Shown here: one piece after another, positions 41,801 to 54,500 of the stretch
How the letters are laid out: every line of letters starts with the position of its first letter
Position numbering within the stretch: the first letter of the stretch is position 1
Assembly (NCBI RefSeq): GCF_009914755.1
Contig: NC_060938.1
DNA length: 64,000 nucleotides
Source of the DNA: the human T2T-CHM13v2.0 reference genome, Homo sapiens
Strand: one strand, 5' to 3'
The notes under the pieces: generated by a model
The model's input: the letters and a program-made list of their open reading frames with translations, nothing else
Databases searched by the model: none
What the model was told of the DNA's origin: nothing
Program-made: the position numbers and the translations under genes

Positions 41801-44800
41801 AATCCTCCAAGCTATCCAAATATCCACTTGCAGATTCCACAGAAAGACTGTTTCAAAACTGCTCTGTCAATAGAAAGGTTCAACTCTGTTAGCTGCGTGC
41901 ATATATCCCAAAGAAGATTCTGAGATTGCTTCTGTCTAGTTTTTCTGGGAAGATATTTCCCTTTTCACCGTAGGCGTCAAGGCGCTCCAAATGTCCACTT
42001 CCAGATACTGCAAAAAGAGTGTTTCAAACCTACTCTGTGAAAGGGAATATTCAACTCTGTGCCTGGAATGCAGATATCACAAAGAAGTTTCTGAGAATGC
42101 TTCTGTCGAGATTTTATATGAAGATATTCCCGTTTCCAACGAAACCCTGAAATCTATCAAAATATCCCCTCGCAGATTCTACAAAAAGAGTGTTTCAAAA
42201 CTGCTCTGTAAAAAGAAAGGTTCAACTCTGTTAGTTGAGTACACACATCACAAACAAGTTTCACAGAATGCTTCTTTCTAGCTTGTAGAGGAAGATATTC
42301 CCTTTATCACCATGGGCCTCAAACCGTCCGAAACGTCCACTTCCATATACTACAAAAAGAGCGCTTCAAACCTGCTCTATGAAACGCAATGTTCAACTCT
42401 GTGACTTGAATGCAGACATCACAGAGCAGTTTCTGAGAATGCTTCTGTCTAGATTTTATAGGAAGATATTCCCGTTTCCAAGGAAATCTTCACAGCTATC
42501 CAATATCCACTTGCAGATTCTACAAAAAGAGTGTATCAAAACTGCTCTGTCAAAAGGAAGGTTCTTCTCTGTTAGTTGAGTACATACGTCATAAAGGAGT
42601 TTCTGAGAATGTTTCTGTCTAGTGGTTATGGGAAGATATTTGCTTTTTCCCCGTAGGCCTCAGAGCGCTCCAAATATCCACTTGCACATACTACAAAAAG
42701 AGTGCTTCAAAGCTGCTCTCTGAAAGTGAATGTTCAACTCTATGAGTTGAATGCAAACATCACAAAGACGTTTCTGAGAATGTTTCTGTCTACATTTGAT
42801 ATGAAGATATTCCCGTTTCCAACGAAATCTTCAAATTTATCCAAATGTCCACTTGCAGATTCAACAAAGTGTTTTTCAAAACTGCTGTATCAAAAGAAAG
42901 ATCAAACTCTGTTAGCGGAGTTCACACTTCACAAACAAGTTTATCAGAATTCTTCTGTCTAGTTTTTATTTGAAGATATATCCTTTCTCACTATAGACCT
43001 GAAAGCTCTCCTAAAGTTCACTTCCAGATACTACAGAAAGAGTGTTTCTAAACTGCTGTACGAAAGGGAATGTTCAACTCTGTGACTTGAATGCACACAT
43101 CACAAGGAAGTTTCTGAAGATGCTGCTGTCTACTTTTTATACGTAATCCCGTTTCCAACGAAATCCTCCAAGCTATCCAAATATCCACTTGCAGATTCCA
43201 CAGAAAGAGTGTTTCAAAACTGCTCTGTCAATAGAAAGGTTCAACTCTGTTAGCTGCGTGCATATATCCCAAAGAAGATTCTGAGATTGCTTCTGTCTAG
43301 TTTTTATGGGAAGATATTTCCCTTTTCACCGTAGGTGCCAAGGTGCTCCAAATGTCCACTTCCAGATACTACAAAAAGAGTGTTTCAAACCTACTCTATG
43401 AAAGGGAATATTCAACTCTGTGACTTGAATGCACATATCACAAAGAAGTTTCTGAGAATGCTTCTGTCGAGATTTTATATGAAGATATTCCCGTTTCCAA
43501 CGAAATCCTGAAATCTATCCAAATATCCCCTCGCAGATTCTACAAAAAGAGTGTTTCAAAACTGCTCTGTAAAAAGAAAGGTTCAACTCTGTTAGTTGAG
43601 TACACACATCACAAACAAGTTTCACAGAATGCTTCTTTCTAGCTTGTAGGGGAAGATATTCCCTTTATCACCATGGGCCTCAAACCGTCCGAAACGTCCA
43701 CTTCCATATACTACAAAAAGAGCGTTTCAAACCTGCTCTATGAAAGGCAATGTTCAACTCTGTGACTTGAATGCAGACATCACAGAGCAGTTTCTGAGAA
43801 TGCTTCTGTCTAGATTTTATAGGAAGATATTCCCGTTTCCAACGAAATCTTCACAGCTATCCAAATATCCACTTGCAGATTCTACAAAAAGAGTGTATCA
43901 AAACTGCTCTGTCAAAAGGAAGGTTCTTCTCTGTTAGGTGAGTGCATACGTCATAAAGGAGTTTCTGAGAATGTTTCTGTCTAGTTATTATGGGAAGATA
44001 TTTGCTTTTTGACCGTAGGCCTCAGAGCGCTCCAAATATCCACTTGCACGTACTACAAAAAGAGTGCTTCAAAGCTGCTCTCTGAAACGGAATGTTCAAC
44101 TCTATGAGTTGAATGCAAACATCACAAAGACGTTTCTGAGAATGCTTCTGTCTAGATTTGATATGAAGATATTCCCGTTTCCAACGAAATCTTCAAATCT
44201 ATCCAAATGTCCACTTGCAGATTCAACAAAAGAGTTTTTCAGAACTGCTCTATCAAAAGAAAGATCCACCTCTGTTAGCTGAGTTCACACATCACAAACA
44301 AGTTTATGAGAATGCTTCTGTCTAGTTTTTATTTGAAGATATTTCCTTTCTCACCATAGACCTGAAAGCTGTCCTAATGTTCACTTCCAGATACTACAGA
44401 AAGAGTGTTTCAAAACTGCTGTACGAAAGGGAATGTTCAACTCTGTGACTTGAATGCACACATCACAAAGAAGTTTCTGAGGATGCTGCTGTCTACTTTT
44501 TATACGTAATCCCGTTTCCAACGAAATCCTCCAAGCTATCCAAATATCCACTTGCAGATTCCACAGAAAGACTGTTTCAAAACTGCTCTGTCAATAGAAA
44601 GGTTCAACTCTGTTAGCTGCGTGCATATATCCCAAAGAAGATTCTGAGATTGCTTCTGTCTAGTTTTTATGAGAAGATATTTCCCTTTTCACCGTAGGCG
44701 TCAAGGCGCTCCAAATGTCCACTTCCAGATACTACAAAAAGAGTGTTTTAAACCTACTCTGTGAAAGGGAATATTCAACTCTGTGACTTGAATGCACATA

Positions 44801-46530
44801 TCACAAAGAAGTTTCTGAGAATGCTTCTGTCGAGATTTTCTATGAAGATATTCCCGTTTCCAACGAAATCCTGAAATCTATCCAAATATCCCCTCGCAGA
44901 TTCTACAAAAAGAGTGTTTCAAAACTGCTCTGTAAAAAGAAAGGTTCAACTCTGTTAGTTGAGTACACACATCACAAACAAGTTTCACAGAATGCTTCTT
45001 TCTAGCTTGTAGGGGAAGATATTCCCTTTATCACCATGGGCCTCAAACCGTCCGAAACGTCCACTTCCATATACTACAAAAAGAGCGTCTCAAACCTGCT
45101 CTATGAAAGGCAATGTTCAACTCTGTGACTTGAATGCAGACATCACAGAGCAGTTTCTGAGAATGCTTCTGTCTAGATTTTATAGGAAGATATTACCGTT
45201 TCCAACGAAATCTTCACAGCTATCCAAATATCCACTTGCAGGTTCTACAAAAAGAGTGTATCAAAACTGCTCTGTCAAAAGGAAGGTTCTTCTCTGTTAG
45301 GTGAGTGCATACGTCATAAAGGAGTTTCTGAGAATGTTTCTGTCTAGTGGTTATGGGAAGATATTTGCTTTTTCACCGTAGGCCTCAGAGCGCTCCAAAT
45401 ATCCACTTGCACATACTACAAAAAGAGTGCTTCAAAGCTGTTCTTTGAAAGGGAATGTTCAACTCTATGAGTTGAATGCAAACATCACAAAGACGTTTCT
45501 GAGAATGCTTCTGTCTAGATTTGATATGAAGATATTCCCGTTTCCAACGAAATCTTCAAATCTATCCAAATGTCCACTTGCATATTCAACAAAAGTGTTT
45601 TTCAGAACTGCTCTATCAAAAGAAAGATCCACCTCTGTTAGCTGAGTTCACACATCACAAACAAGTTTATGAGAATGCTTCTGTCTAGTTTTTATTTGAA
45701 GATATTTCCTTTCTCACCATAGAGCTGAAAGCTGTCCTAATGTTCACTTCCAGATACTACAGAAAGAGTGTTTCAAAACTGCTGTACGAAAGGGAATGTT
45801 CAACTCTGTGACTTGAATGCACACATCACAAAGAAGTTTCTGAGGATGCTGCTGTCTACTTTTTATACGTAATCCCGTTTCCAACGAAATCCTCCAAGCT
45901 ATCCAAATATCCACTTGCAGATTCCACAGAAAGACTGTTTCAAAACTGCTCTGTCAATAGAAAGGTTGAACTCTGTTAGCTGCGTGCATATATCCCAAAG
46001 ATGATTCTGAGATTGCTTCTGTCTAGTTTTTATGGGAAGATATTTCCCTTTTCACCGTAGGTGTCAAGGTGCTCCAAATGTCCACTTCCAGATACTACAA
46101 AGAGTGTTTCAAACCTACTCTGTGAAAGGGAATATTCAACTCTGTGACTTGAATGCAGATATCACAAAGAAGTTTCTGAGAATGCTTCTGTCGAGATTTT
46201 ATATTAAGATATTCCCGTTTCCAACGAAATCCTGAAATCTATCCAAATATCCCCTCGCAGATTCTACAAAAAGTGTGTTTCAAAACTGCTCTGTAAAAAG
46301 AAAGGTTCAACTCTGTTAGTTGAGTACACACATCACAAACAAGTTTCACAGAATGCTTCTTTCTAGCTTATAGGGGAAGATATTTCCTTTATCACCATGG
46401 TCCTCAAACCGTCCGAAACGTCCACTTCCATATACTAAAAAAAGAGTGTTTGAAACCTGCTCTATGAAAGGCAATGTTCAACTCTGTGACTTGAATGCAG
46501 ACATCACAGAGCAGTTTCTGAGAATGCTTC
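32830..46530. repeat. Recent tandem duplication of a 6811-bp (5-HOR) block: ~32830-39640 and ~39641-46450
   Basis: Constant 6811-bp offset for ORF pairs with identical translations (32824/39635, 33166/39977, 34528/41339, 35180/41991, 35891/42702, 37253/44064, 38292/45103, 39221/46032). Rare variants are shared (attaccgttt, gcaggttct, tagttattat, aaagatgattc). Confidence 0.93.
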
Positions 46531-47339
46531 TGTCCAGACTTTATAGGAAGATATTCCCGTTTCAAACGAAATCTTCACAGCTATCCAAATATCCACTTGC
46601 AGATACTACAAAAAGAGTGTATCAAAAGTGCTCTGTCAAAAGGAAAGTTCTTCTCTGCTAGTTGAGTACATACGTCATAAAGAAGTTTCTGATAATGTTT
46701 CTGTCTAGTGGTTATGGGAAGATATTTGCTTTTCCCCGTAGGCCTCAGAGCGCTGTAAATGTCCACTTGCACATGCTACAAAAAGAGTGCTTCAAAGCTG
46801 CTCTCTGAAAGGGAATGTTCAACTCTATGAGTTGAATGCAAACATCCCTAAGACGTTTCTGAGAATGCTTCTGTCTAGATTTGATATGAAGATATTCCCG
46901 TTTCCAACGAAATCTTCAAATCTATCCAAATGTCCACTTGCAGATTCAACAAAAAGTGTTTTTCAAAACTGCTGTATCAAAAGAAAGATCCACGTCTCTT
47001 AGCTGATTTCACACATCACAAACAAGTTTATGAGAATGCTTCTGTCTAGTTTTTATTTGAAGATATTTCCTTTCTCACCATAGACCTGAAAGCTGTCCTA
47101 ATGTTCACTTCCAGATACTACAGAAAGAGTGTTTCAAAACTGCTGTACGAAAGGGAATGTTCAACTCTGTGACTTGAATGCACACATCACAAAGAAGTTT
47201 CTGAGGATGCTGCTGTCTACTTTTTATACGTAATCCCGTTTCCAACGAAATCCTCCAAGCTATCCAAATATCCACTTGCAGATTCCACAGAAAGACTGTT
47301 TCAAAACTGCTCTGTCAATAGAAAGGTTCAACTCTGTTA

Positions 47340-50300
47340 GCTGCATGCATATATCCCAAAGAAGATTCTGAGATTGCTTCTGCCTAGTTTTTATGGGAAG
47401 ATATTTCCCTTTTCACTGTAGGCGTCAAGGCGCTCCAAATGTCCACTTCCAGATACTACAAAAAGAGTGTTTCAAACCTACTCAGTGAAAGGGAATATTC
47501 AACTCTGTGACTTGAATGCGGATATCACAAAGAAGTTTCTGAGAATGCTTCTGTCGAGATTTTATATGAAGATATTCCCGTTTCCAACGAAATCCTGAAA
47601 TCTATCCAAATATCCCCTCGCAGATTCTACAAAAAGAGTGTTTCAAAACTGCTTTGTAAAAAGAAAGGTTCAACTCTGTTAGTTGAGTACACACATCACA
47701 AACAAGTTTCACAGAATGCTTCTTTCTAGCTTGTAGGGGAAGATATTTCCTTTATCACCATGGTCCTCAAACCGTCCGAAAGGTCCACTTCCATATACTA
47801 AAAAAAGAGTGTTTGAAACCTGCTCTATGAAAGGCAATGTTCAACTCTGTGACTTGAATGCAGACAACACAGAGCAGTTTCTGAAAATGCTTCTCTCCAG
47901 ACTTTATAGGAAGATATTCCCGTTTTCAACGAAATCTTCACAGCTATCCAAATATCCACTTGCAGATACTACAAAAAGAGTGTATCAAAAATGCTCTGTC
48001 AAAAGGAAAGTTCTTCTCTGCTAGTTGAGTACATACGTCATAAAGAAGTTTCTGAGAATGTTTTTGTCTAGTGGATATGGGAAGATATTTGCTTTTTCCC
48101 CGTAGGCCTCAAAGCGCTCCAAATGTCCACTTGCACATACTACAAAAAGAGTGCTTCAAAGCTGCTCTCTGAAAGGGAATGTTCAACTCCATGAGTTGAA
48201 TGCAAACATCACAAAGACGTTTCTGAGAATGCTTCTGTCTAGATTTGATATGAAGATATTCCCGTTTCCAACGAAATCTTCAAATCTATCCAAATGTCCA
48301 CTTGCAGATTCAACAAAGTGTTTTTCAAAACTGCTGTATCAAAAGAAAGATCCAATTCTGTTAGCGGAGTTCACACTTCACAAACAAGTTTATCAGAATT
48401 CTTCTGTCTAGTTTTTATTTGAAGATATATCCTTTCTCACTATAGACCTGAAAGCTCTCCTAAAGTTCACTTCCAGATACTACAGAAAGAGTGTTTCAAA
48501 ACTGCTGTACGAAAGGGAATGTTCAACTCTGTGACTTGAATGCACACATCACAAGGAAATTTCTGAGGATGCTGCTGTCTACTTTTTATACGTAATCCCG
48601 TTTCCAAAGAAATCCTCCAAGCTATCCAAATACCCACTTGCAGATTCCACAGAAAGACTGTTTCAAAACTGCTCTGTCAATAGAAAGGTTCAACTCTGTT
48701 AGCTGCGTGCATATATCCCAAAGAAGATTTTGAGATTGCTTCTGTCTAGATTTGATGGGAAGATATTTCCCTTTTCACAGTAGACGTCAAGGCGCTCCAA
48801 ATGTCCACTTCCAGATACTACAAAAAGAGTGTTTCAAACCTACTCTGTGAAAGGGAATATTCAACTCTGTGACTTGAATGCAGATATCACAGAGCAGTTT
48901 CTGAGAATGCTTCTGTCTAGATTTTATAGGAAGGTATTCCCGTTTCCAACGAAATCTTCACAGCTATCCAAATATCCACTTGCAGATTCTACAAAAAGAG
49001 TGTATCAAAACTGCTCTGTCAAAAGGAAGGTTCTTCTCTGTTAGGTGAGTGCATACGTCATAAAGGAGTTTCTGAGAATGTTTCTGTCTAGTGGTTATGG
49101 GAAGATATTTGCTTTTTCACCGTAGGCCTCAGAGCACTCCAAATATCCACTTGCAGATACTACAAAAAGAGTGCCTCAAAGCTGCTCTCTGAAACGGAAT
49201 GTTCAACTCTATGAGTTGAATGCAAACATCACAAAGACGTTTCTGAGAATGCTTCTGTCTAGATTTGATATGAAGATATTCCCGTTTCCAACGAAATCTT
49301 CAAATCTATCCAAATGTCCACTTGCAGATTCAACAAAAAGTGTTTTTCAGAACTGCTCTATCAAAAGAAAGATCCACCTGTGTTAGCTGAGTTCACACAT
49401 CACAAACAAGTTTATGAGAATGTTTCTGTCTGGTTTTTATTTGAAGATATTTCTTTTCTCACCATAGACCTGAAAGCTGTCCTAATGTTCACTTCCAGAT
49501 ACTACAGAAAGAGTGTTTCAAAACTGCTGTACGAAAGGGAATGTTCAACTCTGTGACTTGAATGCACACATCACAAAGAAGTTTCTGAGGATGCTGCTGT
49601 TCTACTTTTTATACGTAATCCCGTTTCCAACGAAATCCTCCAAGCTATCCAATATCCACTTGCAGATTCGACAAAAAGACTGTTTCAAAACTGCTCTGTC
49701 AATAGAAAGGTTCAACTCTGTTAGCTGCGTGCATATATCCCAAAGAAGATTCTGAGATTGCTTCTGTCTAGTTTTTATGGGAAGATATTTCCCTTTTCAC
49801 CGTAGACGTGAAGGCGCTCCAAATGTCCACTTCCAGATACTACAAAAAGAGTGTTTCAAACCTACTCTGTGAAAGGGAATATTCAACTCTGTGACTTGAA
49901 TGCAGATATCACAAAGAAGTTTCTGAGAATGCTTCTGTCGAGATTTTATATGAAGATATTCCCGTTTCCAACGAAATCCTGAAATCTATCCAAATATCCC
50001 CTCGCAGATTATACAAAAAGAGTGTTTCAAAACTGCTCTGTAAAAAGAAAGGTTCAACTCTGTTAGTTGAGTACACACATCACAAACAAGTTTCACAGAA
50101 TGCTTCTTTCTAGCTTGTAGGGGAAGATATTTCCTTTATCACCATGGTACTCAAACCGTCCGAAACGTCCACTTCCATATACTCAAAAAGGAGTGTTTGA
50201 AACCTGCTCTATGAAAGGCAATGTTCAACTCTGTGACTTGAATGCAGACATCACAGAGCAGTTTCTGAGAATGCTTCTGTCCAGACTATATAGGAAGATA

Positions 50301-53300
50301 TTCCCGTTTCCAACGAAATCTTCACAGCTATCCAAATATCCACCTACAGATACTACAAAAAGAGTGTATCAAAAATGCTCTGTCAAAAGGAAAGTTCTTC
50401 TCTGCTAGTTGAGTACATACGTCATAAAGAAGTTTCTGAGATTGTTTCTGTCTGGTGGTTATGGGAAGATATTTGCTTTTTCCCCGTAGGCCTCAAAGCG
50501 ATCCAATTGTCCACTTGCACATACTACAAAAAGAGTGCTTCAAAGCTGCTCTCTGAAAGGGAATGTTCAACTCTTTGAGTTGAATGCAAACATCACAACG
50601 ACGTTTCTGAGAATGCTTCTGTCTAGATTTGATATGAAGATATTCCCGTTTCCAACGAAATCTTCAAATCTATCCAAATGTCCACTTGCAGATTCAACAA
50701 AGTGTTTTTCAAAACTGCTGTATCAAAAGAAAGATCCAATTCTGTTAGCGGAGTTCACACTTCACAAACAAGTTTATCAGAATTCTTCTGTCTAGTTTTT
50801 ATTTGAAGATATATCCTTTCTCACTATAGACCTGAAAGCTCTCCTAAAGTTCACTTCCAGATACTACAGAAAGAGTGTTTCAAACCTGCTGTACGAAAGG
50901 GAATTTTCAACTCTGTGACTTGAATGCACACATCACAAGGAAGTTTCTGAGGATGCTGCTGTCTACTTTTTATACGTAATCCCGTTTCCAACGAAATCCT
51001 CCAAGCTATCCAAATATCCACTTGCAGATTCCACAGAAAGACTGTTTCAAAACTGCTCTGTCAATAGAAAGGTTCAACTCTGTTAGCTGCGTGCATATAT
51101 CCCAAAGAAGATTCTGAGATTGCTTCTGTCTAGTATTTATGGGAAGATATTTCCCTTTTCACCGTAGGTGTCAAGGTGCTCCAAATGTCCACTTCCAGAT
51201 ACTACAAAAAGAGTGTTTCAAACCTACTCTGTGAAAGGGAATATTCAACTCTGTGACTTGAATGCAGATATCACAAAGAAGTTTCTGAGAATGCTTCTGT
51301 CGAGATTTTATATGAAGATATTCCCGTTTCCAACGAAATCCTGAAATCTATCCAAATATCCCCTCGCAGATTCTACAAAAAGAGTGTTTCAAAACTGCTC
51401 TGTAAAAAGAAAGGTTCAACTCTGTTAGTTGAGTACACACATCACAAACAAGTTTCACAGAATTGTTCTTTCTAGCTTGTAGGGGAAGATATTCCCTTTA
51501 TCACCGTGGTCCTCAAACCGTCCGAAACGTCCACTTCCATATACTACAAAAAGAGCATTTCAAACCTGCTCTATGAAAGGCAATGTTCAACTCTGTGACT
51601 TGAATGCAGACATCACAGAGCAGTTTCTGAGAATGCTTCTGTCTAGATTTTATAGGAAGATATTCCCGTTTCCAACGAAATCTTCACAGCTATCCAAATA
51701 TCCACTTGCAGATTCTACAAAAAGAGTGTATCAAAACTGCTCTGTCAAAAGGAAGGTTCTTCTCTGTTAGTTGAGTACAAACGTCATAAAGGAGTTTCTG
51801 AGAATGTTTCTGTCTAGTGGTTATGGGAAGATATTTGCTTTTTCCCCGTAGGCCTCAGAGCGCTCCAAATATCCACTTGCACATACTACAAAAAGAGTGC
51901 TTCAAAGCTGCTCTCTGAAAGGGAATGTTCAACTCCATCAGTTGAATGCAAACATCACAAAGACGTTTCTGAGAATGCTTCTGTCTAGATTTGATATGAA
52001 GATATTCCCGTTTCCAAGGAAATCTTCAAATCTATCCAAATGTCCACTTGCAGATTCAACAAAAAGTGTTTTTCAGAACTGCTCTATCAAAAGAAAGATC
52101 CACTTCTGTTAGCTGAGTTCACACATCACAAACAAGTTTATGAGAATGCTTCTGTCTAGTTTTTATTTGAAGATATTTCCTTTCTCACCATAGACCTGAA
52201 AGCTGTCCTAATGTTCACTTCCAGATACTACAGAAAGAGTGTTTCAAAACTGCTGTACGAAAGGGAATGTTCAACTCTGTGACTTGAATGCACACATCAC
52301 AAAGAAGTTTCTGAGGATGCTGCTGTCTACTTTTTATACGTAATCCCGTTTCCAACGAAATCCTCCAAGCTATCCAAATATCCACTTGCAGATTCCACAG
52401 AAAGACTGTTTCAAAACTGCTCTGTCAATAGAAAGGTTCAACTCTGTTAGCTGCGTGCATATATCCCAAAGAAGATTCTGAGATTGCTTCTGTCTAGTTT
52501 TGATGGGAAGATATTTCCCTTTTCACCGTAGGCGTCAAGGCGCTCCAAATGTCCACTTCCAGATACTGCAAAAAGAGTGTTTCAAACCTACTCTGTGAAA
52601 GGGAATATTCAACTCTGTGCCTGGAATGCAGATATCACAAAGAAGTTTCTGAGAATGCTTCTGTCGAGATTTTATATGAAGATATTCCCGTTTCCAACGA
52701 AACCCTGAAATCTATCAAAATATCCCCTCGCAGATTCTACAAAAAGAGTGTTTCAAAACTGCTCTGTAAAAAGAAAGGTTCAACTCTGTTAGTTGAGTAC
52801 ACACATCACAAACAAGTTTCACAGAATGCTTCTTTCTAGCTTGTAGAGGAAGATATTCCCTTTATCACCATGGGCCTCAAACCGTCCGAAACGTCCACTT
52901 CCATATACTACAAAAAGAGCGCTTCAAACCTGCTCTATGAAAGGCAATGTTCAACTCTGTGACTTGAATGCAGACATCACAGAGCAGTTTCTGAGAATGC
53001 TTCTGTCTAGATTTTATAGGAAGATATTCCCGTTTCCAAGGAAATCTTCACAGCTATCCAATATCCACTTGCAGATTCTACAAAAAGAGTGTATCAAAAC
53101 TGCTCTGTCAAAAGGAAGGTTCTTCTCTGTTAGTTGAGTACATACGTCATAAAGGAGTTTCTGAGAATGTTTCTGTCTAGTGGTTATGGGAAGATATTTG
53201 CTTTTTCCCCGTAGGCCTCAGAGCGCTCCAAATATCCACTTGCACATACTACAAAAAGAGTGCTTCAAAGCTGCTCTCTGAAAGTGAATGTTCAACTCTA

Positions 53301-54350
53301 TGAGTTGAATGCAAACATCACAAAGACGTTTCTGAGAATGTTTCTGTCTAGATTTGATATGAAGATATTCCCGTTTCCAACGAAATCTTCAAATTTATCC
53401 AAATGTCCACTTGCAGATTCAACAAAGTGTTTTTCAAAACTGCTGTATCAAAAGAAAGATCAAACTCTGTTAGCGGAGTTCACACTTCACAAACAAGTTT
53501 ATCAGAATTCTTCTGTCTAGTTTTTATTTGAAGATAGATATATCCTTTCTCACTATAGACCTGAAAGCTCTCCTAAAGTTCACTTCCAGATACTACAGAA
53601 AGAGTGTTTCTAAACTGCTGTACGAAAGGGAATGTTCAACTCTGTGACTTGAATGCACACATCACAAGGAAGTTTCTGAAGATGCTGCTGTCTACTTTTT
53701 ATACGTAATCCCGTTTCCAACGAAATCCTCCAAGCTATCCAAATATCCACTTGTAGATTCCACAGAAAGAGTGTTTCAAAACTGCTCTGTCAATAGAAAG
53801 GTTCAACTCTGTTAGCTGCGTGCATATATCCCAAAGAAGATTCTGAGATTGCTTCTGTCTAGTTTTTATGGGAAGATATTTCCCTTTTCACCGTAGGTGT
53901 CAAGGTGCTCCAAATGTCCACTTCCAGATACTACAAAAAGAGTGTTTCAAACCTACTCTGTGAAAGGGAATATTCAACTCTGTGACTTGAATGCACATAT
54001 CACAAAGAAGTTTCTGAGAATGCTTCTGTCGAGATTTTATATGAAGATATTCCCGTTTCCAACGAAATCCTGAAATCTATCCAAATATCCCCTCGCAGAT
54101 TCTACAAAAAGAGTGTTTCAAAACTGCTCTGTAAAAAGAAAGGTTCAACTCTGTTAGTTGAGTACACACATCACAAACAAGTTTCACAGAATGCTTCTTT
54201 CTAGCTTGTAGGGGAAGATATTCCCTTTATCACCATGGGCCTCAAACCGTCCGAAACGTCCACTTCCATATACTACAAAAAGAGCGTTTCAAACCTGCTC
54301 TATGAAAGGCAATGTTCAACTCTGTGATTTGAATGCAGACATCACAGAGC
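47340..54350. repeat. Older duplicate of ~29970-36980 (offset 17369 = 10558 + 6811)
   Basis: Constant 17369-bp offset (30440/47809, 30782/48151, 31460/48829, 32144/49513, 33166/50535, 35891/53260). Shared variants include gctgcatgca, ctgcctag, actcagtga and cgaaaggtcc, with a few private differences. Confidence 0.9.
48151..49170 (-). repeat. 6-mer HOR deletion variant (type 1), third copy; junction ~48886-48891
   Basis: 1020-bp step, with the same hybrid junction and flanking variants. Confidence 0.92.
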
Positions 54351-54500
54351 AGTTTCTGAGAATGCTTCTGTCTAGATTTGATATGAAGATATTCCCGTTT
54401 CCAACGAAATCTTCCAATCTATCCAAATGTCCACTTGCAGATTCAACAAAAAGTGTTTTTCAAAACTGCTGTATCAAAAGAAAGAAGCACCTCTGTTAGT
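54284..54500 (-). repeat. Hybrid monomer of a different 2-monomer deletion (type 2); crossover within ~54352-54379
   Basis: acagagcagtttctgagaatgcttctgtctagattt|gatatgaag...aatgtccac...attcaac skips the tataggaag and gtgagtgcatacgtc monomers. ORF 54302 is a chimera of two ORF classes. 53260 to 55653 is 2393 bp, about 14 monomers. Confidence 0.88.

Larger units (their letters stand above)
1..54350 (-). repeat. 8-mer alpha-satellite HOR array (1364 bp), SF2-type; likely D14Z9/D22Z1 (S2C14/22H1L) live HOR
   Basis: Homologous ORF starts recur at exact 1364-bp steps (2493, 3857, 5221 ... 24317). Position 1 and position 20461 (15x1364 later) start with the same sequence. CENP-B boxes at 212, 554, 896, 1238 and 1576 give spacings of 342, 342, 342 and 338. 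The chromosome assignment comes from recalled HOR size and sequence; chr14 and chr22 cannot be told apart here. Confidence 0.8.
25270..54350 (-). repeat. Layer 2: mosaic HORs with a second haplotype, small indels, 6-mer variants and multi-HOR duplications
   Basis: HOR steps become 1357-1364 or 1020 bp (27041, 28061, 29418, 30782, 31802, 33166 ...). A new linked set of variants appears (ccagactttatagg, gctagttgagtac, ttagcggagttcacacttc, tatcagaattc). Confidence 0.9.

Noticed and set aside
1-54350. Assignment to D13Z1/D21Z1, D18Z1, D20Z2 or D2Z1
   Set aside because: Their predominant HORs are 11-, 12-, 16- and 4-mers as I recall, whereas an 8-mer with these monomers fits chr14/22 best. They are not formally excluded without an alignment.
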